The position numbers and the translations under genes are program-made. 39,623 nucleotides of DNA from a virus (lineage: Duplodnaviria > Caudoviricetes), in the IMG/VR virus record IMGVR_UViG_3300020138_000012, positions 1 through 39,623 of that record; one strand, 5' to 3'. Shown piece after piece: positions 18,748 to 28,205 of this stretch. The notes beneath the pieces are model-generated. The model saw only the letters and a list, made by a program, of their open reading frames with translations, had not been told where the DNA came from and did no database searches. Each line of letters starts with the position of its first letter. Position 1 is the stretch's first letter.

Positions 18748-21021
18748 ATGGCCCGCCCTTCGTACCGGTCGGGGTACCTCAGCATCCGCAGCGCGGGTGC
18801 CGTGATCCGCCGCAACCTGCTGACCAATCCGTCCTGCGAGGCCGCGGACCCCGCCGTGACGTGGCGGACGAACGCCGCCTGCGACCCGGCCGCGACGTCC
18901 GATACCATCGCTGGGACGAACTACGCCGGATGGGCCGCGTCGTCCGACTACGGGACCGGGGGATCCGGCACGGCGTCGCTCGTCACCGCCGCGAGCGACG
19001 GCCCCGGCGTTGCTCCGGAGTCGTTCCTGACGACGTACCTGCGCAAGACGTGGTCCGCCGGCGGGATCGCGACCGACGGCGCAGGGTTCGTGAACACGGG
19101 TGGCACCGGTACCGGAGCGGGCACGGGTGACGACGGGGTCGTCGTCGTCGCGGGTGACGCGTGGACCGTGACCGCCTACGTCCGCGCCAGCGCCGCGGTG
19201 AACGTCGCGGTCCGCATCTCCTGGCGCGATGCCACGGGTACCTACATCAGCTCCGACGACGGGGAGCCGGTCGATCTCGAGCCGAACGAGTGGACCCGCG
19301 TCGCGGCAACCTTCGTCGCGCCCGTCGGCGCGGCGCGGATGTGCATTGCCGTCGACACCGCCACCGGGGACGACGACTTCCCCGCGGGCCTTACACTGGA
19401 CGGCACCGGGTTGCTCGTCGAGGCGACCGCCGCCGTACTGCCGTACTTCGACCCGGCGATCGGGGTCGATGACGCGGACGCGACCGTCGAGTGGTCTGGC
19501 GACGAGAACGAGTCCCCCTCCGAGATGTCGTCCCCGCTTGTCGCGGGCGTCACGGCGAGCTCGTCGTCGATCCTGCCGATCCGCTCGACGCGCTGGGCCG
19601 ACGAGGGGGAGGCATCGCTACGCCTGTACGCGATCGACGATCTCGATGACGATGCTCACGTCGTCGTGCACGAGTTCGACGAGGCTGACGTCGGCAAGAC
19701 GTACACGTTCGTCGCTCGAGCCCACCTCGAGCAGGCGCCGCAGTCGAGCCAGTCGTCGTGGCGTCGTGCCGCGCTCGTCGGCCAGCCCGCATCGTCACCG
19801 CAGGTGAACGCCCAGGCGGGCACGACCATCGTTCGGCTCACCTTCTCCGTCGCCACTGACGGCGTCCAGATCGTCTTGACGTGCCCCGGAGGTGTCGGCG
19901 AGTCGATCTGGTGGGACACCCTCACCCTCGTCGAGGGCGTCTACTCCGGCCCGCCGTTCAGCGGGCGCAGCGTGGGGGACGACGACTTCGCTTACACCTG
20001 GGACGGCGAGCCCGACGAGAGCCAGAGCATTCAGCACCAAGCAGAGTGGGACGAGGTCGCGACGACCATCCGCCCTGCCTATGCCTCCCCCGTCATCATC
20101 GCGGCTCCCGCCGGCCCCCCGCCGAACCCGGCGGTCATCCCCGGCTGGGACCGCATGCGCATCACGTGGATCGGCACCGACGGCAGCGTGTGGCGGCTCA
20201 GCGACCCCGACGGTGGGGTGTTCCTGACTCGCCAGGAGGTCCGCGGGCTGGGGATGCCGAGCATCACGCACTATCGCGACCAGAGCCCCGCGCTGAACGG
20301 CGCGGTGTATCGCGACACCACCTACGACGCCCGGTCGGTGTTCTGGCCGGTGCACTTGTTCCACGATGGCTCAAGCCGCGAGTGGGTCGAGCGTGACCGC
20401 GCGTTCTGGCGTTCGCTGCACCCTCGGGGGACCGGCGTATGGACGGTGGAGGTGCCCGGCGTCAGCGTGCGCTCGCTGGTCCTGCGTCTCAACGGGGACG
20501 GCGACTGGGCGCCCGACGCCGACCCGACGTTCTACGGGTGGGCGAACTACGGGGTCTCGCTGCAGGCCGACGATCCGCTATGGGTCGGGCAGGAAGTCAG
20601 GCGCGACTTCACCTCGGCGACGCCCGCGTCGTTCCACGGTGGGACGAGTCCGGGCGACCCGATCATCCGCATCTCGCGAGGTTCGACGCTGGCGAGCGCG
20701 TCCATCGCCAACCCTGGGGACGAGGAGGCGTGGCCGATCGTGCAGCTCATCGGTCCGTTCACCACGGCGGATGTCACGATCGCGGGGCGCCGTATCGAGG
20801 TTCCGTTCTCGATCGCCGAAGGGAAGTCCCTGACGCTGGACTACCGCCCCGCCCACCGCACAGCCATCGACTCTGACGGGAACGACCGCTACGAGGATCT
20901 CGGCGCGATCTCCTGGGGCGCCGTACCCGCCGGGGGTACGTCGTCGATCGGCCTCGAGATGAGCGGGACCGGCGGAAGTGCCAGCGTCCGCCTCACCCCC
21001 CTCTACCTGCGAGCGTGGTAA
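18748..21021 (+). CDS. Distal tail (Dit-like) minor tail protein with N-terminal carbohydrate-binding-like modules, 757 aa
   Basis: C-terminal ~290 aa (MRITWIGTDGSVWRL...NPGDEEAWP...LTPLYLRAW) resembles actinophage Dit; N-terminal RNLLTNPS / YFD..WSG galactose-binding-like repeats. Confidence 0.8.
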   Translation: MARPSYRSGYLSIRSAGAVIRRNLLTNPSCEAADPAVTWRTNAACDPAATSDTIAGTNYAGWAASSDYGTGGSGTASLVTAASDGPGVAPESFLTTYLRKTWSAGGIATDGAGFVNTGGTGTGAGTGDDGVVVVAGDAWTVTAYVRASAAVNVAVRISWRDATGTYISSDDGEPVDLEPNEWTRVAATFVAPVGAARMCIAVDTATGDDDFPAGLTLDGTGLLVEATAAVLPYFDPAIGVDDADATVEWSGDENESPSEMSSPLVAGVTASSSSILPIRSTRWADEGEASLRLYAIDDLDDDAHVVVHEFDEADVGKTYTFVARAHLEQAPQSSQSSWRRAALVGQPASSPQVNAQAGTTIVRLTFSVATDGVQIVLTCPGGVGESIWWDTLTLVEGVYSGPPFSGRSVGDDDFAYTWDGEPDESQSIQHQAEWDEVATTIRPAYASPVIIAAPAGPPPNPAVIPGWDRMRITWIGTDGSVWRLSDPDGGVFLTRQEVRGLGMPSITHYRDQSPALNGAVYRDTTYDARSVFWPVHLFHDGSSREWVERDRAFWRSLHPRGTGVWTVEVPGVSVRSLVLRLNGDGDWAPDADPTFYGWANYGVSLQADDPLWVGQEVRRDFTSATPASFHGGTSPGDPIIRISRGSTLASASIANPGDEEAWPIVQLIGPFTTADVTIAGRRIEVPFSIAEGKSLTLDYRPAHRTAIDSDGNDRYEDLGAISWGAVPAGGTSSIGLEMSGTGGSASVRLTPLYLRAW

Positions 21022-22190
21022 CGGTGGCCGCACCTATCCAGATCAAGGTCTACGACAAGACGTTCGCCGCCAAGGGCGAGATCGGCGCCCCGAAGTTCGT
21101 CACGGTCAACCTGCGCGACATCAGCGTCGGGTTCGGCAAGGCGACGATCGGCGTGCTGGCGACCGACCGGATGATCGAGCCGCTCATGGCCGACGGTGCG
21201 CGTGTGTGGATCCGGCGCCCCGACGGCAGCGACTCCCAGGCGCACATCCTGTCGGGCTACGTCACCGCGCGACGCGCCACCGGGACGACGCAGCAGGCGC
21301 TCTACGAGTTCGACGTGACCGACGACGCCTCCTTCCTCGACGAGGTCTCCGGATGGGTGATCCCGGCCAACGCGATCACGAACCAGGGCGCAGGGAACGC
21401 CGTCCAGTGGGTGCTCGAGGACGACGCGGAGACCGTGCTCAAGACGGCCGTCACCGCGAACGCCGTGACACGCCTGGGCATGCCGATCACCGTCGCGACC
21501 AACCAGCACCGCGGGTCCGACGTGCGCGGGGTGCTGCGCTATGAGCCGTTGTGGACCAAGCTGTTTCCCGTGGTCGACGGGTGCGGCATGTCCGCCGCGG
21601 GCATCGGGGTCAGCGTCCGGCAGAACGGCACCAGCGGGCTGCTGCTCGACGTCTACGAGCGCGCCGTGTACCCCCGCCCGTTGACCGAGCTCGGTGGCGT
21701 GGTCACCGACTGGTCATGGACGCAGACCGCCGCCACCGCGACCCGCGTCGTCGTGGGCGGCCCCGGAGAGGGCTACTTGCGCTCGCTGCGCACCGTCGTT
21801 GACTACACCCGGGAGATGGAGATCGGGCACGTCATCGAACGCTGGCGGGATGCTCGCGACGTCACCGAGGACCAGATTCCGGACCTGCTGTACGCCCGCG
21901 GCCAGGAGATCCTCGACGATGGTGCGACGAAGTACGGGCTGTCCGTCACCCTTGCCGAGACCCCCGCGTTCCGCTACGGCACCAACGTCCGTGTCGGCGA
22001 CACGGTGACCGTGGAAGTCGCCGGACAGCAGATCACCGATGTCCTCACCGAGGCGCTGCTATCGTGGACTCGAGATGCCGGATGGCGCGTCGAGCCCCGC
22101 GTCGGGGAGAAGTCCGACGATCCGGACAGGCTGCTCGGTCGCTACATCGCCAAGCTCTCCCGGGCCGTGAACAGGATGCAGAGGGTGTGA
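21015..22190 (+). CDS. Minor tail / baseplate hub protein (Gp37-like), 391 aa
   Basis: TRVVVGGPGEG, IERWRDARD, FRYG..VRVGDTVTV motifs; follows Dit; the start could also be GTG 21024. Confidence 0.85.
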   Translation: MVTVAAPIQIKVYDKTFAAKGEIGAPKFVTVNLRDISVGFGKATIGVLATDRMIEPLMADGARVWIRRPDGSDSQAHILSGYVTARRATGTTQQALYEFDVTDDASFLDEVSGWVIPANAITNQGAGNAVQWVLEDDAETVLKTAVTANAVTRLGMPITVATNQHRGSDVRGVLRYEPLWTKLFPVVDGCGMSAAGIGVSVRQNGTSGLLLDVYERAVYPRPLTELGGVVTDWSWTQTAATATRVVVGGPGEGYLRSLRTVVDYTREMEIGHVIERWRDARDVTEDQIPDLLYARGQEILDDGATKYGLSVTLAETPAFRYGTNVRVGDTVTVEVAGQQITDVLTEALLSWTRDAGWRVEPRVGEKSDDPDRLLGRYIAKLSRAVNRMQRV

Positions 22191-22191
22191 G

Positions 22192-23223
22192 ATGGCATTC
22201 ACCGCAGTCGGGTTCGACGGATCGGTCGACGAGGCCGGGTTCGTCGGCATGGCCCGATACTTCGGGCCGCGATACAGCGTCGGCAGCTCCGGATCGCTGC
22301 GCGTCACCGCGGGGGGCTCTGGCGACCGTGCGGTGACGATCGCGGCAGGCTCCGGGTACGTCTACGGGGTCACCGCGACACAGTCCGGCTCGAGCGTGAA
22401 GAACCTCGCCTCGGTATCCTCCGGGTCGCGCTACGACCTCGTCGTGCTACGCGTCAATTGGGAGACGAACACGGCCTCGATCGAGGTCATTACGGGATCC
22501 TCCTCGAGCGCGACGCTGCCATCGCGAACGATCTGGTCGTCGGGCAACCAGATCGAGGACATGCCGCTCGCCCTCGTCAAGGTCACCGCCGGGCAGTCTG
22601 CCGCAGCGGTTTACGCCGATCTGCGGCTGTGGGCCGGTGGCGCGGGCGTCTACCATGCGAATCACGAGCTCGCCAAGCGGATCTTCGAGGACAACCTCCC
22701 GGGCTCGGCCGGCACAGTGCTCCGCCTGCCCGGGGTCACCTACACCCGGACGCTGACGGCGAACGTGTGGGCGGAGAGCCGTGAGTTCACTCAGGACACC
22801 GCGGCCAGCCTGCGCTCGGTCATGGGCCTCGGTAGCACCGTCGGCCCGGTCCCGGTCGCGAACGGCGGCACCGGTACGACCTCGCTCAACAGCCTGCGCA
22901 GCTCGCTCGGCCTCGGTGGGAGCACGGCCGCCGCCGTTCCCATCGCGAACGGCGGCACCGGGGCCACGACGAAGGCGAACGCCCGCAAGGCTCTCGGCAT
23001 CGCCTCCGGGCGCGTGCAGGCGACCACCAGCGGGGCCGTCACCGTGAACACCGGCCTCGGCGCAATGATCGACGTCGCGTGCACGCTGAACGGCCTCGAG
23101 TTCCTCTCCGGGGTAGTCCCGTGGATCACCGCAGTGCGCAGCAACGGCACGTTCGACGTGTGGCTGATCGGCTCCGCGGCCGGCCGAGTCCGCACCGTCC
23201 ACTGGATCGCGTTGGAGACGTGA
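22192..23223 (+). CDS. Minor tail protein / short tail fibre, 343 aa
   Basis: N-terminal baseplate-attachment-like region (SRYDLVVLRVNW, MPLALVKV); two VP(V/I)ANGGTG fibre repeats. Confidence 0.8.
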   Translation: MAFTAVGFDGSVDEAGFVGMARYFGPRYSVGSSGSLRVTAGGSGDRAVTIAAGSGYVYGVTATQSGSSVKNLASVSSGSRYDLVVLRVNWETNTASIEVITGSSSSATLPSRTIWSSGNQIEDMPLALVKVTAGQSAAAVYADLRLWAGGAGVYHANHELAKRIFEDNLPGSAGTVLRLPGVTYTRTLTANVWAESREFTQDTAASLRSVMGLGSTVGPVPVANGGTGTTSLNSLRSSLGLGGSTAAAVPIANGGTGATTKANARKALGIASGRVQATTSGAVTVNTGLGAMIDVACTLNGLEFLSGVVPWITAVRSNGTFDVWLIGSAAGRVRTVHWIALET

Positions 23224-23723
23224 TGATGACCCGCATCCCCTCGAACCCCGTGCAGGTGTTCCGGGTGTTCCCGTTCGAGAGCTGCATCTCGATCGCGATG
23301 ATCCTCGTCGGTCTCGGCTCCGTGTTCGGCGAGGTGTCCGCCGCGGGTTCGATGTCCGAGGCCCTCGCCGAAGCGCTGCTCATGGTGTGGGAGCTGTGCA
23401 TCATCGTCGGCGGCGTCGGAGTCCTCGCAGCCCTGTTCCTGCGCCCCTGGGCAGCCCGCCGTCTGCCTCCGGTGCGCGCGCAGCGCACTCTCGCGACACT
23501 GCGCGGGACGCAGGCCGTCGGGTGTGTGCTCGTCGCAACGGGTGCCCTGACCTACGCGATGGTGCTGCTGGCTCAAGGCGGCATCCGGCTCGACGGGCGC
23601 TCGTTCACGGTGGCGGCGATGCTCGCGATCACCGCGGGGTACGTCATGCGCGCGTGGGATCTGATCGACACGAACCGTCGGGTACTGAGGGCTCTGCGCG
23701 AGCTGAATGCCTCGCGCCCCTGA
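23223..23723 (+). CDS. Multi-pass membrane protein in the lysis cassette, about 166 aa
   Basis: About four hydrophobic segments; TGATG coupling to the upstream gene. Confidence 0.7.
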   Translation: MMTRIPSNPVQVFRVFPFESCISIAMILVGLGSVFGEVSAAGSMSEALAEALLMVWELCIIVGGVGVLAALFLRPWAARRLPPVRAQRTLATLRGTQAVGCVLVATGALTYAMVLLAQGGIRLDGRSFTVAAMLAITAGYVMRAWDLIDTNRRVLRALRELNASRP

Positions 23724-23771
23724 CGTCGCTACCATAGGCAACGCCGCTCGAGGGGAACGGGGGATACCGGC

Positions 23772-24263
23772 ATGGACTGGGACACCCTGTTTCCCGAGAT
23801 GGTCAAGTGGGTGCTCGGCGGCGGGCTGTCCGCTGCGGTGACGCTGGTCCTACTGACCCGTCGTCAGGCGCGCAAGATCGAGGGCGAGGAGTCCCGCGCT
23901 CAGGCGAAGCTCCCTGCCGAGATCGACTCGCTCATCATCAACGGGGCGGAAAAGACGATCTCGCTCATGGCCGCGACGAACGACCGCCTCGTCGCAGAGG
24001 TGAATCGCAAGTCAGAGGAGCTCGCCTACAAGGACAACGAGATCATGGGGCTGCGGACCCGGGTCCGCGAGCAGGGCGACACGATCGCAGGGCAGCAGTC
24101 CGAGCTCATCTCGCTACGCGATCAGGTCGCCGCCCTCGGGGCGCAGCTCGTCGCCGCGAACGAGGCGGTGCACACCGCGCTCGTCCAGCTCGCCGAGGCG
24201 AACCGGGCGTATACTGCCGCCAGTCAGCAGCTTGATGCGCGCCCGTCTCTGCCCGAGGAGTAA
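23772..24263 (+). CDS. N-terminally membrane-anchored coiled-coil protein (lysis cassette), 163 aa
   Basis: Hydrophobic WVLGGGLSAAVTLVLL followed by heptad-rich helix; directly upstream of the endolysin. Confidence 0.75.
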   Translation: MDWDTLFPEMVKWVLGGGLSAAVTLVLLTRRQARKIEGEESRAQAKLPAEIDSLIINGAEKTISLMAATNDRLVAEVNRKSEELAYKDNEIMGLRTRVREQGDTIAGQQSELISLRDQVAALGAQLVAANEAVHTALVQLAEANRAYTAASQQLDARPSLPEE

Positions 24264-24265
24264 TC

Positions 24266-25168
24266 GTGGCCCGTCACCCCGGAGCGATCTGGAAGCCCAT
24301 CGACGAGCGATACACGTCCAGCCTGCGGATGGTCGCGTTCAACCGCGTGAACCTGCACGTCGCCGTGTCCGAGGCCGTCTCCCTGTGGTCGTTCTTCAAC
24401 GCCCAGGGCCGCGCGAGCTCGCACTTCTACGTGCGTCGCGACGGGACCGTCGAGCAGTACCGCGACACCGCGTGGCAGGCAGAGGCCGACCTCGACGGGA
24501 ACGACGCGACCATCAGCATCGAGACGCAGGGCGGGCTCAAGAACGCCGACACCGAACCGTGGACGGCCGCCCAGGTCGAGACGCTCGCCCGCCTCTACGC
24601 GTGGGCCGTCACCACCCACGGGGTGCCTGAGCACCTCGCGACCGACGCGAAGGTCGGACCGTCGTCGCACGGCCTGTCCTGGCACCGCCTCGGCATCGAC
24701 GGGAACTTCCCCGCCCTGCCGTCCCCGCTCGCCGGACGCGCCCAGCGCGGCGGCGGCATGCACTACTCCACCGCCCGCGGGAAGCGCTGCCCCGGCGACG
24801 CGAAGATCCGCCAGATCCCCGACATCTACGCACGCGCACTCGCGCTGCTCCACCCCGAGGAGGACGACATGCCGCTCAGCCAGACCGATCTCGAGGGCGT
24901 GCGCGAGGCCGCGGCCAACGGCACATACCTGCTGCTGACCGAGGCCGCAGGCGGGTCGACGAAGCGCGGCCGACAGTCGCGTGACGCGCTCGTCGCGATC
25001 CTCGACCCGCTCGTCACCGCACGCGTCGCTGACGTCCTCGACGAGCAGAAGCTCGCCGCCGAGCTCGTCAAGGCCGGGGTCGCAGGCGCTGACACGGCGG
25101 CCATCGCGAAGGCTGTGAAGGCTGCCCTGTCGAACGTGACGGCGACCATCGACTTCGAGGCGCACTGA
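24266..25168 (+). CDS. Endolysin, N-acetylmuramoyl-L-alanine amidase (Amidase_2 type), 300 aa
   Basis: Zn-amidase motifs LHVAVS, SSHFYV, ISIETQG, WHR, KRCPG. Confidence 0.92.
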   Translation: MARHPGAIWKPIDERYTSSLRMVAFNRVNLHVAVSEAVSLWSFFNAQGRASSHFYVRRDGTVEQYRDTAWQAEADLDGNDATISIETQGGLKNADTEPWTAAQVETLARLYAWAVTTHGVPEHLATDAKVGPSSHGLSWHRLGIDGNFPALPSPLAGRAQRGGGMHYSTARGKRCPGDAKIRQIPDIYARALALLHPEEDDMPLSQTDLEGVREAAANGTYLLLTEAAGGSTKRGRQSRDALVAILDPLVTARVADVLDEQKLAAELVKAGVAGADTAAIAKAVKAALSNVTATIDFEAH

Positions 25169-25422
25169 TGGGTGAGCACCTCGTGCCGGACACGGTTCAG
25201 ACCGCGGCGCGGCGGGCGTTCCTGCGCACCGCCGCACAGTCCCTCGCGAACGGGTTCCTCGTCCCCGCGGGCCTCGCGTTCGCGTTCACGTCGTCGTTCC
25301 TGGCTGCCGCCGGACTCGGCCTGGCTGGTGCCGCGTGGCAGGCCGTCACGAACGGCTTGCAGGCGTACTTCTCGATCCTCGCCAAGGGCATCCCCGAGGC
25401 GTACACCGGCAAGGAGAGCTGA
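25168..25422 (+). CDS. Holin, 84 aa
   Basis: RAFLRTAAQ motif plus hydrophobic helices; TGATG-coupled to the endolysin. Confidence 0.75.
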   Translation: MGEHLVPDTVQTAARRAFLRTAAQSLANGFLVPAGLAFAFTSSFLAAAGLGLAGAAWQAVTNGLQAYFSILAKGIPEAYTGKES

Positions 25423-25426
25423 CGCG

Positions 25427-25900
25427 ATGACCTGGTACACGTTCCCGCCGCAGTCGACGATCGACGTCGACGGAAACCGCATCGCGGACGTCTCGTGCCA
25501 GGCGTACGAGGTGCGCGAGGGTCAGACGTTCGGCACGCCGCTCGCGATCCGCAACCCGGTCTCCGGGGTCGCGTTGTCGTCCATCGACATCACGCCTCTT
25601 GCTACGAGCCCCGCGTTTCAAGCGGAGCGGCCCTACGTGTTCCTCAAGTCGGCGGACGGTCCGGCGATCGTCGTCGCGTCGGTCGACGGAGTGCTCGAGC
25701 AGGCCGCCGCCGCCGCCGCCGCCGCCCAGCAGATCCGTGACGACCTCCCCTCCCTCATCGAGGAAGCCATCGGTGGCACAGGGGAGGACGATCCGACCGA
25801 GGCGCCGACCTGGCATCTCATCGAGAGCCCCGTGGAGCCGACGCTCCCGCCGAACGACGCGCGCGACGGCGACCTCGTGGTGTGGGTGCCTACGGCATGA
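25427..25900 (+). CDS. Putative tail-appendage anchor protein, 157 aa
   Basis: Beta-rich N-terminus, poly-Ala helix, acidic/Pro linker, C-terminal EPTLPPNDARDGDLVVW fibre-type motif. Confidence 0.6.
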   Translation: MTWYTFPPQSTIDVDGNRIADVSCQAYEVREGQTFGTPLAIRNPVSGVALSSIDITPLATSPAFQAERPYVFLKSADGPAIVVASVDGVLEQAAAAAAAAQQIRDDLPSLIEEAIGGTGEDDPTEAPTWHLIESPVEPTLPPNDARDGDLVVWVPTA

Positions 25901-27060
25901 GCTCGAACCGTGTCTACCGGGTGCGCGGACACGCGCTGGTCCCGCTGTGGGGGATCGGCAGCGTCGCCCCGCCGGAGAACGTGGCGCCCGGCCCCGTCGG
26001 CTCCCTCGCTGCCGAGGCAACATCCTCGAGCGTCACCCTGACCTGGGGTGCGGCGATCGACCCCGACGGGACGATCGCGCAGTATCGCGTCTCGCGCGAC
26101 GGTGCGGCGTCCGTCGCCGCGACTGGGACGACCTACACGGCGACCGGGCTCACGCCGGAGAGCTCCTACTCCTTCGCCGTGTGGGCGATCGACGACGACG
26201 GCGCGCCCGGCCCGCACGCGACGATCTCGGTGACGACGATCGCCGAGCCCTCCGGCGCAGTGGCGCACGGTCGGGAGATCACAGTCGCGAACACCGGGCA
26301 CACCGCGTTCTACGATTCGACGCTCGGTCGATACGTCACCGACAGCGACCTCACCGTGCACAACTCGCTGGTGTCCCTGTCGGACTTCGTCGCCGACGGC
26401 GGTACGATCACCCGCCGATGGTTCAAGGGCGGGCTCATCATCGACCGCACCGGAGTCACCATCCGCGCGTGCAAGTTCGACCAGGGGGTGTCCGGATACT
26501 ACGCCGGAGTACACCGCCCGTTCGCGCTCGAGTGGTGCACCATCGACACCCCGGGGAGCGCGGGGGACGACGGCATTCACTTCGGCGACTACACCGCCTA
26601 CCGCTGCCGAGTGGGCGGTAACTCTGACGGCGCCAAGACGAACGGCAACGTGACCCTCACCGAGTGCTTCATCCGCGTCGAGGGCCAGGACTCCGCCGAC
26701 CACAACGACGGGACGCAGAACGTCGGCGGCAACGGACCCGTCACGATCGTGCGCTGCAACATCGACTGCCGACCCACCAACGGAACCGGGGCTCCGAACG
26801 CGGCGCTGTTCTGCGCGGACGGGGCGTCGGGGCTGCAGACCTGGCACGACAACTGGTGCGCCGGCGGCGGGTACGTCCTGCGCTGCTACGAGAACGCGAC
26901 CTACGACGTGCAGGGGTGCGAGATCCTCAACGGGTCGTGGGTGTTCGGCGCGGTCGCCCGCGCGGTCATCCCGTCCAGTAACCTGACCTGGGGGACGTTG
27001 CGCCCCAACGTCCTGGTCAACTCGAGCGGGACCGTCCTTTCCACGATCCCGGCACCCTAG
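25897..27060 (+). CDS. Fibronectin type III plus right-handed beta-helix (pectate-lyase-like) protein, 387 aa
   Basis: Fn3 signature SVTLTW...YRV...YTATGLTPESSYSFAVWAID; repeated VTIRACKF / VTLTECFI / VTIVRCNI rungs and an HNDGTQ motif. Confidence 0.8.
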   Translation: MSSNRVYRVRGHALVPLWGIGSVAPPENVAPGPVGSLAAEATSSSVTLTWGAAIDPDGTIAQYRVSRDGAASVAATGTTYTATGLTPESSYSFAVWAIDDDGAPGPHATISVTTIAEPSGAVAHGREITVANTGHTAFYDSTLGRYVTDSDLTVHNSLVSLSDFVADGGTITRRWFKGGLIIDRTGVTIRACKFDQGVSGYYAGVHRPFALEWCTIDTPGSAGDDGIHFGDYTAYRCRVGGNSDGAKTNGNVTLTECFIRVEGQDSADHNDGTQNVGGNGPVTIVRCNIDCRPTNGTGAPNAALFCADGASGLQTWHDNWCAGGGYVLRCYENATYDVQGCEILNGSWVFGAVARAVIPSSNLTWGTLRPNVLVNSSGTVLSTIPAP

Positions 27061-27073
27061 AGGAGCATCCACC

Positions 27074-28204
27074 ATGGCCAACGTCTACGGCACCGGGGCA
27101 CCTACGGTCACCACCCCCGACAACCTGTCAGGCCCGCCGCTCGCACTCAAGCACGGGGTCATCGCCACCGTCGACGTCACCGTCCAGAAGATTCGCTACT
27201 ACGTCACCGCGACCGAGATGTTCGGGCGCAGCGTCGACGTGTACGTGTGGACTGGCGCGGGGTCGATCGCACAGTCGAAGACCGTCACCCTGCCGTCCGC
27301 GCTCGGATGGGCCGAGTTCACCCTCGACACCCCGTATGCGGTCGCCGCGAACACTGCGTTCGGCGTCGGGATATGGTTCCCGACCGGAGCGGGGAACGTG
27401 TTCTACGGGCACGGAGCGACGCAGCTCCCCAAGACGACGGGGGCGATCACCCTCACTGGTGGCGGATTCGACGAGTCCACGAAGACTGCAGGCGACCCGA
27501 CCGGATTTTCAGGCACGTCGTCGTACTTCCTCGACGTGGAAACGACGACCACCCCTCTCGTCGTCAGCGCCGGAGCCGATCAGACGATCGACGCCAGTGG
27601 GTCCACGACGGTCACCGCGACCGCGACCGGTGGATCCGGCAGCAAGACGTACGCATGGACCATCGTGTCCGGCGGGACCGGCACCTTCGGGTCGGCGAGC
27701 TCGGCGAGCACGACGTTCACGCCATCAGCCCCGGGAACCTACGGGCTGCGGTGCACCGTCACCGACGGCTCCGGCTCCTCGTCCGACGACGTCATCGTCA
27801 CGGCCACGTCGCGGCGTCGCATCGCGACCGTCACCTCGTCGACCGGCTGGACGGCAACCGGGGGAACCGTGCAGGCGGTCCTCGCCGACAACTCGTCCGC
27901 GACGTACGTCACCAGCCCGAACAACCCGTCGGGCGCACTGATCGACGGCATCCTGCAGCCGATCACCCCGCCCGCGGCGGGCCAGCCGTTCGTCGTGCGA
28001 CTGCGCGGCTACAAGTCCGGGGCGACGTCGGGGTCGGTGACCGTCAAGCTCTACGACGGGGCCGCGCTGCGAGCCACTCAGGTGATCCCCGCCATCCCCG
28101 ATGCCGAGGGGGAGATGACGGCGACGTTCCCGTCCGGAGACATCGCCCTGGTCACCTCCTGGGCCACCGGGGTCCGCATTACCATCGAGGCGACGGCGGT
28201 CTGA
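27074..28204 (+). CDS. Three-domain beta protein: DUF4082-like + PKD/Ig-like + jelly-roll-like, 376 aa
   Basis: KIRYY, GWAEFTLDTPYAV, YFLDVE (DUF4082-like); VSAGADQT...TYAWT...GTYGLRCTVTD...DDVIVT (PKD-like); AGGAG RBS. Confidence 0.75.
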   Translation: MANVYGTGAPTVTTPDNLSGPPLALKHGVIATVDVTVQKIRYYVTATEMFGRSVDVYVWTGAGSIAQSKTVTLPSALGWAEFTLDTPYAVAANTAFGVGIWFPTGAGNVFYGHGATQLPKTTGAITLTGGGFDESTKTAGDPTGFSGTSSYFLDVETTTTPLVVSAGADQTIDASGSTTVTATATGGSGSKTYAWTIVSGGTGTFGSASSASTTFTPSAPGTYGLRCTVTDGSGSSSDDVIVTATSRRRIATVTSSTGWTATGGTVQAVLADNSSATYVTSPNNPSGALIDGILQPITPPAAGQPFVVRLRGYKSGATSGSVTVKLYDGAALRATQVIPAIPDAEGEMTATFPSGDIALVTSWATGVRITIEATAV

Positions 28205-28205
28205 C

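Noticed and set aside
25701-25726. GCC trinucleotide run as a phase-variation tract
   Set aside because: It encodes an in-frame poly-Ala helix; slippage would not shift the frame
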